Origin: Azolla caroliniana | Lineage: Eukaryota > Plantae > Polypodiophyta | Direction of reading: 5' to 3' | Length of the DNA: 64,000 nt | Assembly (NCBI GenBank): GCA_043228905.1 | Contig: JBHGNT010000021.1 | Coordinates: 8,308,001-8,372,000 of the forward strand | Shown: one piece after another, positions 48,316-60,552 of the stretch | How the letters are laid out: each line of letters begins with the position of its first letter | Position numbering within the stretch: position 1 is the stretch's first letter | Program-made: the position numbers and the translations under genes | The notes under the pieces: model-generated | What the model was told of the DNA's origin: nothing | The model's input: only the letters and a program-made list of their open reading frames with translations | Database searches by the model: none

Positions 48316-51300
48316 AATGTCTTGTAATAACTAATAATACATTTATTATAACTATACATCATATATGTTAGTATAATGGTTAAAGGTCTAACATATAGAC
48401 CAAGACGTCTTGGGCTCGAATCCTTATAAGGCCAAAATATATGTTGTCATGACATTATCCCCCCTTTTCGACGACGAGTTCCACGAGTCGGAAGACAAGA
48501 TTTCGGACTTGGCTTATGAGGATATTTGTTGTGAAATGCAGCAACCATTTCGGAGGCATTAGCAAGATTCTTAAGAGGTTCCCATGTTCGATCATTAGGT
48601 GTATAACCTAATCAGTCAACCAAATAATACAGTTTGTTGCGAACGATCTTGGAGTCGAGAATGGCAGCAACTTCATATTCGGAGCCATCCAAAACTTTGA
48701 TTGGAGGTGGGGGAGATGTAAGGCGGCCTGGAATAGAGCTGGTTGTGTACGGCTCCAAAAGTGAAACATGGAAGACCGGGTGAAGATGCATATGAGGGGG
48801 AAGATCAAGGCGAAATGCCACATCATTGATCTTACCAGATATCACATATGGGCCAAAACGTTGATAATCCAATTTGCAGCAAGGTCGGGTTGTTTTAATG
48901 CGACCTTGTAAAAGCCATACTCGATCCCCCACTTGAAACGTAGTCGATGAATCACGCCGATGATGGTCGACAACCTTCTTTTGAGTGTTTTGAGCAACGC
49001 ATAAATGGTGCAAAAGGATATCTTGAACTTCTTAGAGTCGGGTGAGCCAATCTTCAGCAACCGGGTTTGTCGGGAGTTCGGGATGTTCAAGCATAGTCCA
49101 ACGAGGATGGTACCCAATGTTTGCAAAAAATGGGGAATATCCAGTAGAAGAATGTTCTGAGTTGTTGTAAGCAAATTCCGCCAAATGTAATAGATCAACC
49201 CAATCATCTTGTTGGTAGTTGACAAAACAACGAAGATATTGTTCTACTGTTTGGTTGGTGCGCTCACTCTGTCCGTTAGTTTCTGGATGGTAGCCGGAAG
49301 AGAGTTTGCAAGAAGTATGTAAGAGTTTGAACATGTGCCGCCAAAATTTTGAGATGAACTGGGGACCCCGATCACTGATAATATCAGGAAGACCATGATG
49401 CCGAAACACCTCTCGCATGAGTAACTTGGCTGTCTCTTGGCTCGTAATGGCCTTTGTGCAGGGAAGAAAATGTGCTATCTTGGTAAAACGATCAACTACC
49501 GTGAGAATAGAATCAAAACCCTTGGAAGGTGGTAGATCCGTAATGAAGTCCAATGAAATAGATTTCCATGGACTCTTAGGAATAGGCATTGGTTGTAATA
49601 AGCCATATGGATGATGTCTAGGTTTTTTGGATCGGCAACATGTATCACAACTACGAACATAATCCGTAACAAAATGGCGAAGTCGTGGCCACCAATACCT
49701 TCGAGAAATTAACGCCAAAGTCTTGTGGATGCCAAAATGTCTAGCCATTGGTGTATCATGACATTGTTGCAAGACTTGGAGTCGAGAAGGACCATCAGGC
49801 ACATATAAGAGATTTTGTCGAAAAAGTAAACCATCATGCCAATTGAACTGGTTGTAGTCTTGACGAGGATTTTGAGATTGTGAACAAGAAGCATGATCTG
49901 GGATAATATGGTTCAAAATATCTTCGGCGAATTCATCAGTCTCAATATGCTCCCGAATGGAGTCTAGAAGACTTGAATCCTCGGGTGTGTCTATAGCATG
50001 AAAAGCCATTAGTCGTAGACGGTCAGGACCCAAGAGGATTTGCTTCTGACTTTCAAATGCGGCCTCTCCTGGTTGAAGTTCCATATATGAACGCCGAGAT
50101 AAAGCATCTGCTTTGCCTTGTTGCGTCCCAGGGCGATATAGAATTACGAAATCGAAACGAGTTAAAAACTACGCCCAACAAGCTTGTCGACGACTCAAGA
50201 CTCGAGCACTTTGGAAGTACGTTAGATTTTTGTGATCATTATAGACAATGATTTGTTGAGATGAACCCTCCAAAAAATGACGCCATTGTTGAAAAGAATC
50301 CACAATGGCAAGAAGCTCTTTGTCGTGAATCTCATAGTTGATTTCTGCAGCTTCGAATTTCCGTGAATGAAAAGCCACAGGGTACAGTTGGCCATCATTG
50401 CTAATCTGGGATAATACGCTTCCTAGTGCAAAGTCAGATGCATCAGCTTCTAGTATAAAACGCTTCAATGGATCAACAGGCATCAAAATTGGTGCGGATG
50501 TAAATGCTTGCTTTAATCCTTCAAATGTAGAGTTTGCATTTATACTCCACACAAATGGTTGATTCTTCTGTGTCAGTTGAGTGAGGGGCAATACGATCTT
50601 TGAATAATCTTTGATGAACTTGCGATAAAAGTTTGCGAACCCTAAAAAACATTGTTCATCTCGCACAGACTGTGGTGTTTGCCAATCCAAAACTGTTTGG
50701 ACCTTTGCTGGATCCATAGAGATGTCATGTGAAGAGACTATGTACCCCAAAAATTCCACTTGACGCTGGTCAAAACTGCACTTCTCCAATTTTACATAGA
50801 GACCATATTCACGCAACCATTGCAAAGCTTGTCGAACGTGTATATCATGATCCTCTTGAGTTTTTGAGTAGATCAAGATATCATCTAGGTAAATTATGAC
50901 GAAAATATCGAGGAAATCTCGAAAAATGTCATTCGCCATATGTTGGAAAACTGCTGGTGCATTCGTGAGACCAAATGGCATCACTGTATACTCAAAATGG
51001 CCATAGCGAGTACGAAAAGAAGTCTTCCATTCATCCCCAGGACGAATTTGAACAAGATTGTAAGCACCTCGAAGATCTAACTTTGTGAAATACTTAGCTC
51101 CATTGAGGCGTTCCAGAAGGCTCGAAATCAATGGTAGAGCATATCGGTTTCGAATAGTTACTTTATTCAATCCTCGATAGTCCACAACCAGACGAAGCGA
51201 ACCATCTTTCTTCGTAACGAAAAATATGGGTGCGGCAGCAGGAGATCTTGAATGCTGGATAAACCCATTCGCCAAGTTCTCATCGATATATTCCCGAAGA

Positions 51301-53334
51301 ACATCTAACTCCGTGGGTGAAAGGTTATAAATTGGCCCCCATGGAGGCTCTTTTCCGGGCTGCAAATCAATCGGGCAATCATATGGTCGATGCTCTGGTA
51401 GTCTATTGGCCTTCACCTTATCAAAAACATCGGAGAATTCTATATATTTCTTCGGTAGTTGGACCCCCGATTCTTGTGAGCTCGATGTGGGAGTTGCTAA
51501 AACTGCGAACACCAACATGTCTTCCTTCTGTCCTTCCTCACGTAATTGATGTATAGAGATTGTCAAAATATTTTGGAATGTTATATCCTTTGTTGGAGTT
51601 TTAAGAGGCTCAGACTGTATTGTGACTTCTTCAATGGTTCTTTTTTTCCAATCAATAGTTGGGTTATGTAGCTCAAACCATGGAAGACCAAGAACTAGGG
51701 AGTGCTCTGGACTACTAATGATGTTGAATGAGATGACACTAGCCAAATTGCCTAGGACTACATGAATTGGTTCAGACTCTTCAACTATATCACCTGATGC
51801 TATGGGGCGTCCATCAATGACTCCGATTGACACTGGGCTTGGGAGCTTATGCAACTAAATATTATGCATTACAACAAACTCACGATCCATGAAACAAGAG
51901 TTGGCTCCAGATTCTAAGAGGGCAGAAGCTGGGATTCGATGGCATCTAAATGGGTTAAGCTCAACTTGTGCAGAGAAAACTCGACTAACTTGACCGGATG
52001 AAATGGAACCACAACTAGGGACGGACGTTACATGCCTAGGGCTGTCCAACCAAATGGCTCCGATTTTGGCCGGACTTACTCGTTTAACACATCATCTAAT
52101 TGGCTCAAGACATCAAATGTATTTTTATGACAGGGACTACTAGGCCTACTTGGGTTACGAGAAGGCGGGGCAGAAATTGAGATGGGATTGTCATGAGCAC
52201 TTGGTTAACTTGTCGTCGTGGTTTATGTGGACAATTCACATCAATATGCCTTGGACCACCACAATAGAGGCATAGACGATTCGCTCGCCGTCGTTGCTTT
52301 TCAGCATCCGATAATGGTCCTCGATGTCGTGTTGTCTCGATTTCCATTGGAGTAGGGCCTTCCACCACACTTGACTTTGATACTTGGGGTTGAGTTGCAA
52401 CCACCGAAGCATATGTTTCTGTTGGTCGAAAGCGTAACATTTGTTGGCGCTCAGAACGCCACTCAAATAAGCGATTGTCACATCGCAAAGCCCGGCTTAC
52501 TACTTCAGTAAGAGATTTTGGATCATCATGGAAGGTAAGAAGTAAATCCTTCACATCATTGCGCAGACCTTTACGAAATTGGTCCATTAATGCTGCCTCG
52601 TCCCATGGAATATCACATGCTAGAAGGCGAAAATCTGCATCATAAGCGGAAGCAGGACGATCTCCTTGTCGTAATCGCCGAATTTTGTTTATTGCAGTCC
52701 TCATACTATCAGTGTCTCCAAAGTTGGCTTAGAACTCATTAATAAACCCTTCAAAATCTTCTAATAATGGTGAGTGCTTCTCTAGGAGTGGTGCAAACCA
52801 CGCTAATGCGGTACCTATTAACAAGGTACCAACTAGACCCACACGAGCAACATCAGTTGGGTAATGGGTAGGATGCAATTTAATCACAAGCCGTACCTGA
52901 TTTAAAAATCCACGAAATTGAGACCTTGTACCATCAAACTTGGTCGGCAGACTAATCTTGGGTTCCTTCGACGAGGTTTGAACTTCTGCCGCTTGTCGTT
53001 GCAATAGAGTAGTCTCCAATTGATGCACCCGTTGAGATAATTCTTCATATTGTTGTACTTTCTCAGCACTTACTTGTTGTAGGTCTCCCAACAATCTTTG
53101 ATTTTCATGCTCTAGTGCTACGAATTTGGTTGTTAGCATTTCGAGCTTGGAGAGAACACGCATATATTCTTGCTTGCTGATGGACTCCATAGTTGCGATA
53201 GAAAATTGCTAGATTTGGTTGAATAAGGTTAAGATAAGAAGAAGAAGTTGGAGAAGAAGAAAAGAGATAGATTCGGTTCAAACTGTCGTGACTTGAGAAT
53301 AGGAGAGAGAAAAATAAGATGACAGTAGAAGGTA

Positions 53335-53386
<52 letters not shown>

Positions 53387-53520
53387 ACTAGAAATGGAAA
53401 GAGAGTTTATATTATAAGAGAGCAAGGATTACAAAGAGTAGGCTAAGGGGCTACAAACTGGTGTTGAACTGAATGAGTTGTGATGAATGAATAGACACCT
53501 ATTTATAGGTCCTTATGGAG

Positions 53521-53645
53521 TATTCTAGAATGTTCTAGAATATTTTAGATATTTTAGATATTTAATATAATCATGGAATATCCTAGAATGTTCTAGAATA
53601 CTCTAGATTGTTTTGGAATACTCTAGAATGTTTTAGAATACTCTA
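53521..53645. promoter_or_regulatory. Heat-shock-element-like array in the Z 5' LTR
   Basis: Same array as 48191-48315, upstream of the TATA at 53500-53507 (minus strand). Confidence 0.7.
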
Positions 53646-54894
53646 AATGTCTTGTAATAACTAATAATACATTTACTATAACTATACATCATATATGTTA
53701 GTATAATGGTTAAAGGTCTAACATATAGACCAAGACATCTTGGGCTCGAATCCTTGTAAGGCCAAAATGTATGTCGTCATGACAGTGAGCACTTTTATAC
53801 AAGCCCTGACAATCGGGCTGACACAAGTACTGACAGTACTTGACTGCTCATAAATGAGCCTTGACACTAACTCCCAAAGATATTCCTTACGAGGAATATC
53901 TTTCAAACGGCCTCGCGGTTTACGCACCGCTACGACCATGTTATGCGTATCGATTTTACGCACCCAGTCTACGCACTGGTTACGCATCATATTACGCACA
54001 AATGTTGAGCTTGTCTCTGAATAGGAAATAATACCGATAACCAACGAGCAAAAATCGGCTTCATTGGTTTTCCCTTCTAAACTCTGTTCAGTTGCTCTCT
54101 CAGAGCATCTGCCGACAGTAACCCCCAATCGAAAACTTCACCTTCATAAGCGGCGATGATAAATCTGACCCTCTTCTTGGGCATACAGTAGAATCTCGGA
54201 CTAACAAACCCTACTTCCAATAAAAATTTTGCAACTTCATGAAAAATACGTCCCTACCTCCTTGTGTCTGATACGCTTTGGTAGAGGGTGAATATTCACC
54301 AAAATAGTACTGCAGACCATCCTCTGTGACCTTGTTGACAACGTCAAAACCGCCTCTTGGCATCTCCAACACGACTCTTACCTTCTTATTCCTGATCGTC
54401 GAGACATCGATTTCTACCAACAGAGCTTCTACGTTCGGGTGTGGCTTTGCTTCTGCGACTTTCAAAAATCCCTGTAACTTATTTCTAACGAGCCAGCGGC
54501 ACAAGTTGCATGTTGTCGTCGTTGATTGACAAATCGTCACTCAGTGGTGGTTGTGAGAAACGCTGTGGGCTATGGCGAATAAAATCAGAAAACCTGTGAG
54601 CTCGAATGCGTTTGTGCTTCTGTGGTGAAACAATCATTACAAAAATAGGTTTTAAGAGATTAAGTTTTTGCATGATGCCTAGGGAATAAAAGTACTATTA
54701 ATATTGTAATGACTAGGCGTACTAGTGAAGTAATTGCTAGAAATAGTAATAATGACTAATAGAAATATGCCTCCACTACTTTTACTTATAGCCTTCTGAA
54801 ATTACTCTAAAAATCTCTTCATGACAGTTAGTTATGATTTGGCAAGAAAATTTTCTATAGTTAGTTTTTTATTATATTTTTTATTATATTTTTA

Positions 54895-57800
54895 TTACTT
54901 TTCTTCTGATTTAGCCTTGAATGGATTTTCCGGCATGTGTCCACGATATGGTTTAAGCCGGAAACCATTGACCCATTTCGGTAAAATCTCACCTGATAGG
55001 GTTCCCAGTTGATACGTACCATTTTTACTGTTCACGATCCAAACTGGTCCCGTCCATCTATACCGAAGTTTTCCTGGCATCGCCTCCATCTTGGTCTGGA
55101 AAACCAGTACTGGTTTCCCGATTCCGAATTGAGATTTGGTTTTTCGTCGGTGTCGATTTACAAATGTCTTGGTTTGCCTTTGCTTGTGCTCCAAAGCTGT
55201 CATAGCTTGTAGTCGGTCTTCTTCTAACAACAATAAAGATTCTTTCCGAATTTGCTCTGACTATAGTTCATTTAATTTTTCGGTTGCTTGTATTCGAAGA
55301 GTCGGGATCTGGAATTTGATTGACATCATTGCCTCCAATCCAAAAGCCATTCGAAAAGGTGTTGATTTAATAGATGTTTTGTATGATGTGCGATATGCCC
55401 ATAAAACACTATGCAACTTTTGATCCCAGTCTGTACGATTCTCATTTACTATCTTCTTGAGTATCGTCTGTAGAGTTTTGTTTGTCGACTCTGCCAATCC
55501 ATTCAGTTGTGGATAGTAAGGAGTGCTTTTCTTATGAACCACTGCATAGTAGGTAGACAATTCATGAACAAGTTTGTTAATGAAATGCGTACCTTGATCG
55601 CTCACTAATTCTATTGGGCAGCCGAATCGACACCATATACTTTCGTACAGAAATTTTGCTATTGAAGCTGTCGTATTATCCCTAAGAGCTTTAGCTTCTA
55701 CCCACTTCGTACAATAGTCAGTAGCCACTATAATATATCTATTGCCTGTTCTTATTGCTGCCGGTTTGAATGGGCCTACAAAATCCAACCCCCATTTTTG
55801 GAAAGGTTCAAGAGGTAAGTAACACAGGTTGAAACGACATTCGGTCCGTTTCTATCGGTTGTCCCATACGTTGGCATAAGTCACATTTCCGACAATATTA
55901 GACTGCATCCTTCATCATTGTCGGCCACCATAAACCACTGTTCCATTTTTTTCTAGCTGTGGTTTCTCCAGCATAGTGTCCTCCTGCAATTCCATAGTGC
56001 GATTCTCGAAGAATGACTGATTTTTCGAATTGTCGTACTGTTCTTCTCCAAATACCGTCTGCTCCTTTATGATACAGAGTGTCGTTCAAAAGACAAAAAT
56101 TACGACTTCGTACCACCAACCTTTTCCTTTCGTCTGCCGATAGATGTTCGGGTGGTAACCCTATCGTAAGAAAGATTGTCATTTCTGAGATCCAACCATC
56201 CTCACTTTCTTCATTTACACCCTGTGCATTTATTGCTTCCACTCGAAAAACCTAACCATCCGGAAATTCATCCTTGACACCTGTGCCTTCTTCTCCGGAC
56301 TCCAGTCGACTGAGATAATCGGCCACTGCATGCTGTACTCCTGGCCGATGTAAAATGTCGAATTCGAATTCTTAGAGTAGAAGAGTCCATCTTGCTAACT
56401 TGCCAGTTAACTCTTGTTTCGAGACCAAATAAAGAAGAGCTGAATGATCAACATGAAATGTAAACTTTTTCCCCAAAAGATAGTGTCGAAATTTATTGAC
56501 ACTATATATCATTCCTAAAGCTTCCCTCTAAGTGGTAGAGTAATTTCTTTCTGTTGTGAGAGTTTCCGACTAGCATAGTAAATTGGCCTGTACCAATTCA
56601 GTTCGGTTAACTGCATTAATGCACTTCCGATTGCTATGTCCGATGCGTCGACAAAAACATGGAATGGCTTATTCCAGTCAGGTGGTTGAACAACTGGAAC
56701 TTTGGACAACATTTTCTTCAGACAATCATATGCATCTTGTTCCACGCTTGTCCACTGAAAAGGAACTTTGTGTACTGCTGTATGCAAGGGAATGGTGATA
56801 TCCGCAAGATATCTTATCATTCGGCTGTGCCATCTAATCTGTCCCAAAAACTGACTGCGAGCTTTAGCATTTGTGAGTGTTGGTGCTTCCAGTATGGCCT
56901 TAACCTTGTCAGAGTCCACTGCAATTCCTTCTTGACTGACAATATGGCCTAATAATGTGCCACTAGTGACCCCAAATGCACATTTTGCCAGATTTAAACT
57001 AAGCCGTCCTTCCCGACATTTCTCCAAGCATAGTCGTAAATGCTCAAAATGTTCGGTTTTCCGACTATAAACAGCAAAATCATCCAAAAATACTTGCATA
57101 AAGGCAGGAATGTAATTCCCAAATATTTCCTGTATCACTCTTTGAAATGTCACCGGAGCTGTCTTCAAGCCAAACATCATTACTACTGCTACAAACACTC
57201 CCCATTCTGTAACAAAAGCTGTCTTTTCTTGATCTTCTGGATTCATCTGAACCTGATTATAACCACTAAAACCATCAAGGAAACTATATACTTCATGGCC
57301 AGCTACCGCATCCAATATACCATCCGTAAATGGTAATGGAAACGCATCCGTAACGGTAGCCGCATTTAGTTTCCGGTAGTCGACACATACCCGAATCTTG
57401 CCATTCTTTTTCGGAACTACGACGATTGGACTTAACCATGTCGATTTTTTCATCAGATGAATAAACCCTACTTTCAAAAGTTTATCTATTTCTTCTTTTA
57501 CTTTAATACCATAATTAGGATTTAATCGATACTTGCGTTGTTGAACTGGCTTTGCATCCTTATGCAGGTTGATTTGATGTTGACAAAAAGCTGGATCCAG
57601 TCCCTTCATATCTTCAAAAGACTAGGCAAAGACATCCTTATATTGTTTTAATAATGTTGTTAACCTTTGTTTGCCCGCCTCTATCATATCTTTAGCAATG
57701 AGTACTGTTTTCACCTCATTGTCCCTATCTTCTTCTGCCAAATTTATTTCTTCCAATGCTGAAGCTTGAACTCGTTGGGACGCCTTCATCTCTCTATCGA

Positions 57801-60200
57801 TAGCTTCTTGCTGGAGTCGTATTTCCTTCATTGCTTGCTCATCTATTGGCAATTCCTCCTGGGAATCCACATATGGCGTCAAGGCTTGTAAAATATCTAC
57901 TTCGAACAAAGGAATGATTTTCGGATTATCATCAAAATACTAATTTTCTTCGACCTTGCCTAATCCCTCCATCATATTGACGGACTCAGCATACACCGGC
58001 AAACACGGTTTGCGTGTCGCAACCTTGTTTGTTGTCGAAACCTGGATTTTTGTTTTGCCTTTTCTGAATGTTAGTTGATTCTGATTCCAATTCTGCTTGA
58101 TGTTAGTAGTCTTTAACCACGGTTGCCCTAATAAGAAAGGATATGCACCAGGAGCTTCCAAATGAAGTATTACTGCCGATATCAGAAAACTATGACCCCC
58201 CAATACCACCTCTAATTGGCGGAGTAAGCCAATTGGTCGTACCATAGTGGTATCCGCCATTCTTAGCCAAAATGGGCAAGCTTCCCATTTAGTAATTCCC
58301 AACCTATCACATGTGGTTTCATTAATGACATTCACTCCTGAGCCCGCATCGATAATCGTATTTTCGATTTCCTGACCCTGAATTATTACTTTAATTGATG
58401 GTTTTTGCTCATCCATGATTGAAGGGCTGGTGCTCGGCTGGCTATAGTGTACCGATACTTGTTCTGACCCCTTTTGGGTAATCAATGTCGCCACTTTTTC
58501 GGTAAATCTAGGAACCAACTTAAGTAATCCGGTCAGTGGTAATGATACTTGGCAATCTGCCAAGAGCTTCCAAGTTTCCTCTTGTTCTGGTACAACAATA
58601 ACTCATGGTAATTCAGTAGCTTGGTTAATTTCATTGTCTTGGAGCATCTGATTTACATTATTTTTGTTTGCTTCCTCTACCCATTCCTTGGCTGCTTTCC
58701 AGACTGCTTCCTGAATCTCCCACTCTGATTGTTTACTTTTGCTGCTAGTGGTTATTTGTTGTATTTCCGGCATAACCATATTAACCGTTGGTACTTTTCC
58801 TTTAGCAGGACACTGATTAGCATAATGACCAGTTTGACGGCAAATATAACAAGTAGGAACAAACATTCCACTTCCCTCGCCTTGCTCAAACTGAGTAGTT
58901 CCATCATTTTGCATAAACTGTTGACCATCATTCGGCGATTGCTGAAACTGTCGTGAGGCTTTCGGCTTACAGAATTTTTTATTTTTATACTGGTTTTGCT
59001 TAAACCGTCCTCCATTTTGCTATTGCTGATTCATATTCGGTGTTACCGAGAATTCCTGATTTTGTTGAAAATCTTGATTGTGATGAAAATTACTTTGTTG
59101 AAAGGACGGATTATTTTGTTGAAAAACTGAATTCGGCTGGAATTTATTTTGCTGAAAGGCTTGATTTGTTTGAAAAGGATTTTGTTGACTCTGTGGAAAA
59201 CTCTTTTGTTGGTATCCATTATTGACCAAGTTGTGGTTATTGTGGTACCCGTTTTCCGGAAAATTTTGTCTTACCTGAGCCGTTGTCTTATTGAGCAAAT
59301 TATACTCACATTGCTCGACTGAATGAAGTTTGGAATGACATATTGTGCAATGTGTACGTAGGCTACATTCGATCGTTGAATGACCGGTATTTAAACAAGT
59401 AGTACACTGAACTGCTTGTCGAAATTGTAACTCCTCAGCGTTGGCAGTGTACGATTTAGTGCTGACATATCCTTACTCCGTACATTTATCGGCTGTCGGC
59501 CCATAGCGATTGCCTTATCAATCACTTGCTTGATATTCTGATTCCGGAAATCGAACACCTTCAGTGTTGTTCGTAATGGTTCACGAATTGCTTCAAGGAA
59601 TACATCCTTCAATTCATTGTCCGGAATAGGCCTAGAAATTTGAAGTTGCAAATTCTGAAAACGGATCACGAATTGAGACACCGTTTCCTGCTGCTCCTGA
59701 TACAACGTTTAAAATTGCGCTATGAAATCCTTTTGAGGTATTTGACGATGAAATAACTGTAGAAATTTGTTGTTCAATTGTTCAAATGTTTCGAACCCAC
59801 GGAGACCATTTTGCGCTAACCAATTAGCAGAATAACCGTCCAATGACAAAACAAACTTAGCAATTTTAGACTTATCTTCGGTTGCCGCCGATAGTCTCTG
59901 AGCTCCATGGTTAATCTCCTATCTTGTCAGGAAATCCCTCACATGCGCGTCTGCATCAGCTCCCTCACGGAACTTTGAGTACAGATAAGGCATACTGTCC
60001 TCACTCCAGATATCGTAAAATGATACCTCCTCCGGCTGATTCTCGTCGGAAGACTAGCTATTGGTTAAATCAAGAAGTACCGACCACCTTCTACTTGTTT
60101 CCGGCTATAATCCCTCAGCCGATTCTGTCTCTAGCGTCTTCGTAACAGAACGTGTACAAGGACGTTTACAACCGATTGGTGTATTCAAACCAGACGACAT
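54895..60200 (-). pseudogene. Gypsy E2 gag-pol (disrupted)
   Basis: Gag with three zinc knuckles and a Q/N-rich tract; PR IIDAGSGVN; RT KNGKIRVCVDYRKLN..FLDDF; RH VDASD; INT DFVGPF, SDQGTHF. Stops and frameshifts. Confidence 0.9.
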
Positions 60201-60258
60201 CCATTCGTCTTGTTCTTTGCTATGTGCAGATGTAAGCAGGCGTGCCAAAATTATACTA

Positions 60259-60483
60259 TGTTGTTCGGTTGAAAATTGCTATTTTGCCGACACAATATAA
60301 GATGAACGTTTGTACCGAACGTTTTATCAAGAAGTTGTGGTTAAACGAATAGATACGAATTATCTGTAAACTTATTGGTGATAACATACACCGAGATCGT
60401 GACTTATGTAATATAGTTTAGACAAAAGAACTAGATGGCAAGAAGCAATTCGTACACAAAGATTTCCTAACCAAACTTTATAT
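60259..60483 (-). repeat. Partial extra copy (U5/R side, ~225 bp) of the E2 LTR
   Basis: Matches 60553-60777 and 40308-40532. Confidence 0.9.
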
Positions 60484-60541
60484 ATAAGGCATTTAACTTC
60501 TAATCAAGGGATTGTGGGTTCGAGTACCATCGGGCGTGCCA
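60484..60541 (+). pseudogene. 5'-truncated, CCA-terminated tRNA-Arg(UCU) copy (reverse-transcribed primer)
   Basis: ATAAGGC-ATTTAA-CTTCTAA-TCAAG-GGATT-GTGGG-TTCGAGT-ACCAT-CGGGCGT-G-CCA: D-arm 3' side, anticodon loop with TCT (60499-60501), T-loop TTCGA and an encoded CCA. Confidence 0.85.
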
Positions 60542-60552
60542 AAATTATACTG

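Larger units (their letters stand above)
47955..53784 (-). mobile_element. Chromoviral Ty3/Gypsy element Z (Tcn1/Tf1-like, self-priming), full length with stops
   Basis: LTRs 47955-48454 and 53284-53784; TSD GTGAG; PPT AAAAGGGGGGATAA (48455-48468). Gag 52105-53190, then PR, RT (KKDGSLRLVVDYRGLN, YLDDILIYS), RH (EADASD, NYEIHDKELLA), INT, GPY and chromodomain YEVAAILDS..TWEP. Confidence 0.95.
42922..54023 (-). mobile_element. Ty1/Copia element X2 (near full length, degenerate)
   Basis: 3' LTR 42922-43325; 5' LTR 47784-47954 + 53790-54023, split by Z; TSD GGAAA; PBS TGGTATCATAGCG (47771-47783); PPT complement 43326-43337. Gag-PR-INT-RT-RH at 43789-47701, with stops and a ~420-bp deletion at ~45230 relative to X1. 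Confidence 0.93.
40820..54673 (-). pseudogene. Disrupted extra ORF of Gypsy E2 (coiled-coil rich), split by Copia X2 (42922-54023)
   Basis: Fragments 54485-54673, 54211-54540, 42193-42651, 41699-42007, 41456-41668 and 40820-41437. Blocks align with the E1 extra ORF. Confidence 0.75.

Noticed and set aside
52050-52105. Programmed -1 frameshift site between Z gag and pol
   Set aside because: Only an imperfect slippery heptamer (GTTAAAC), in a copy with several other lesions.
60484-60541. Functional tRNA-Arg gene
   Set aside because: Lacks the 5' ~19 nt including the A box, has broken stems, and carries an encoded CCA at a PBS position.
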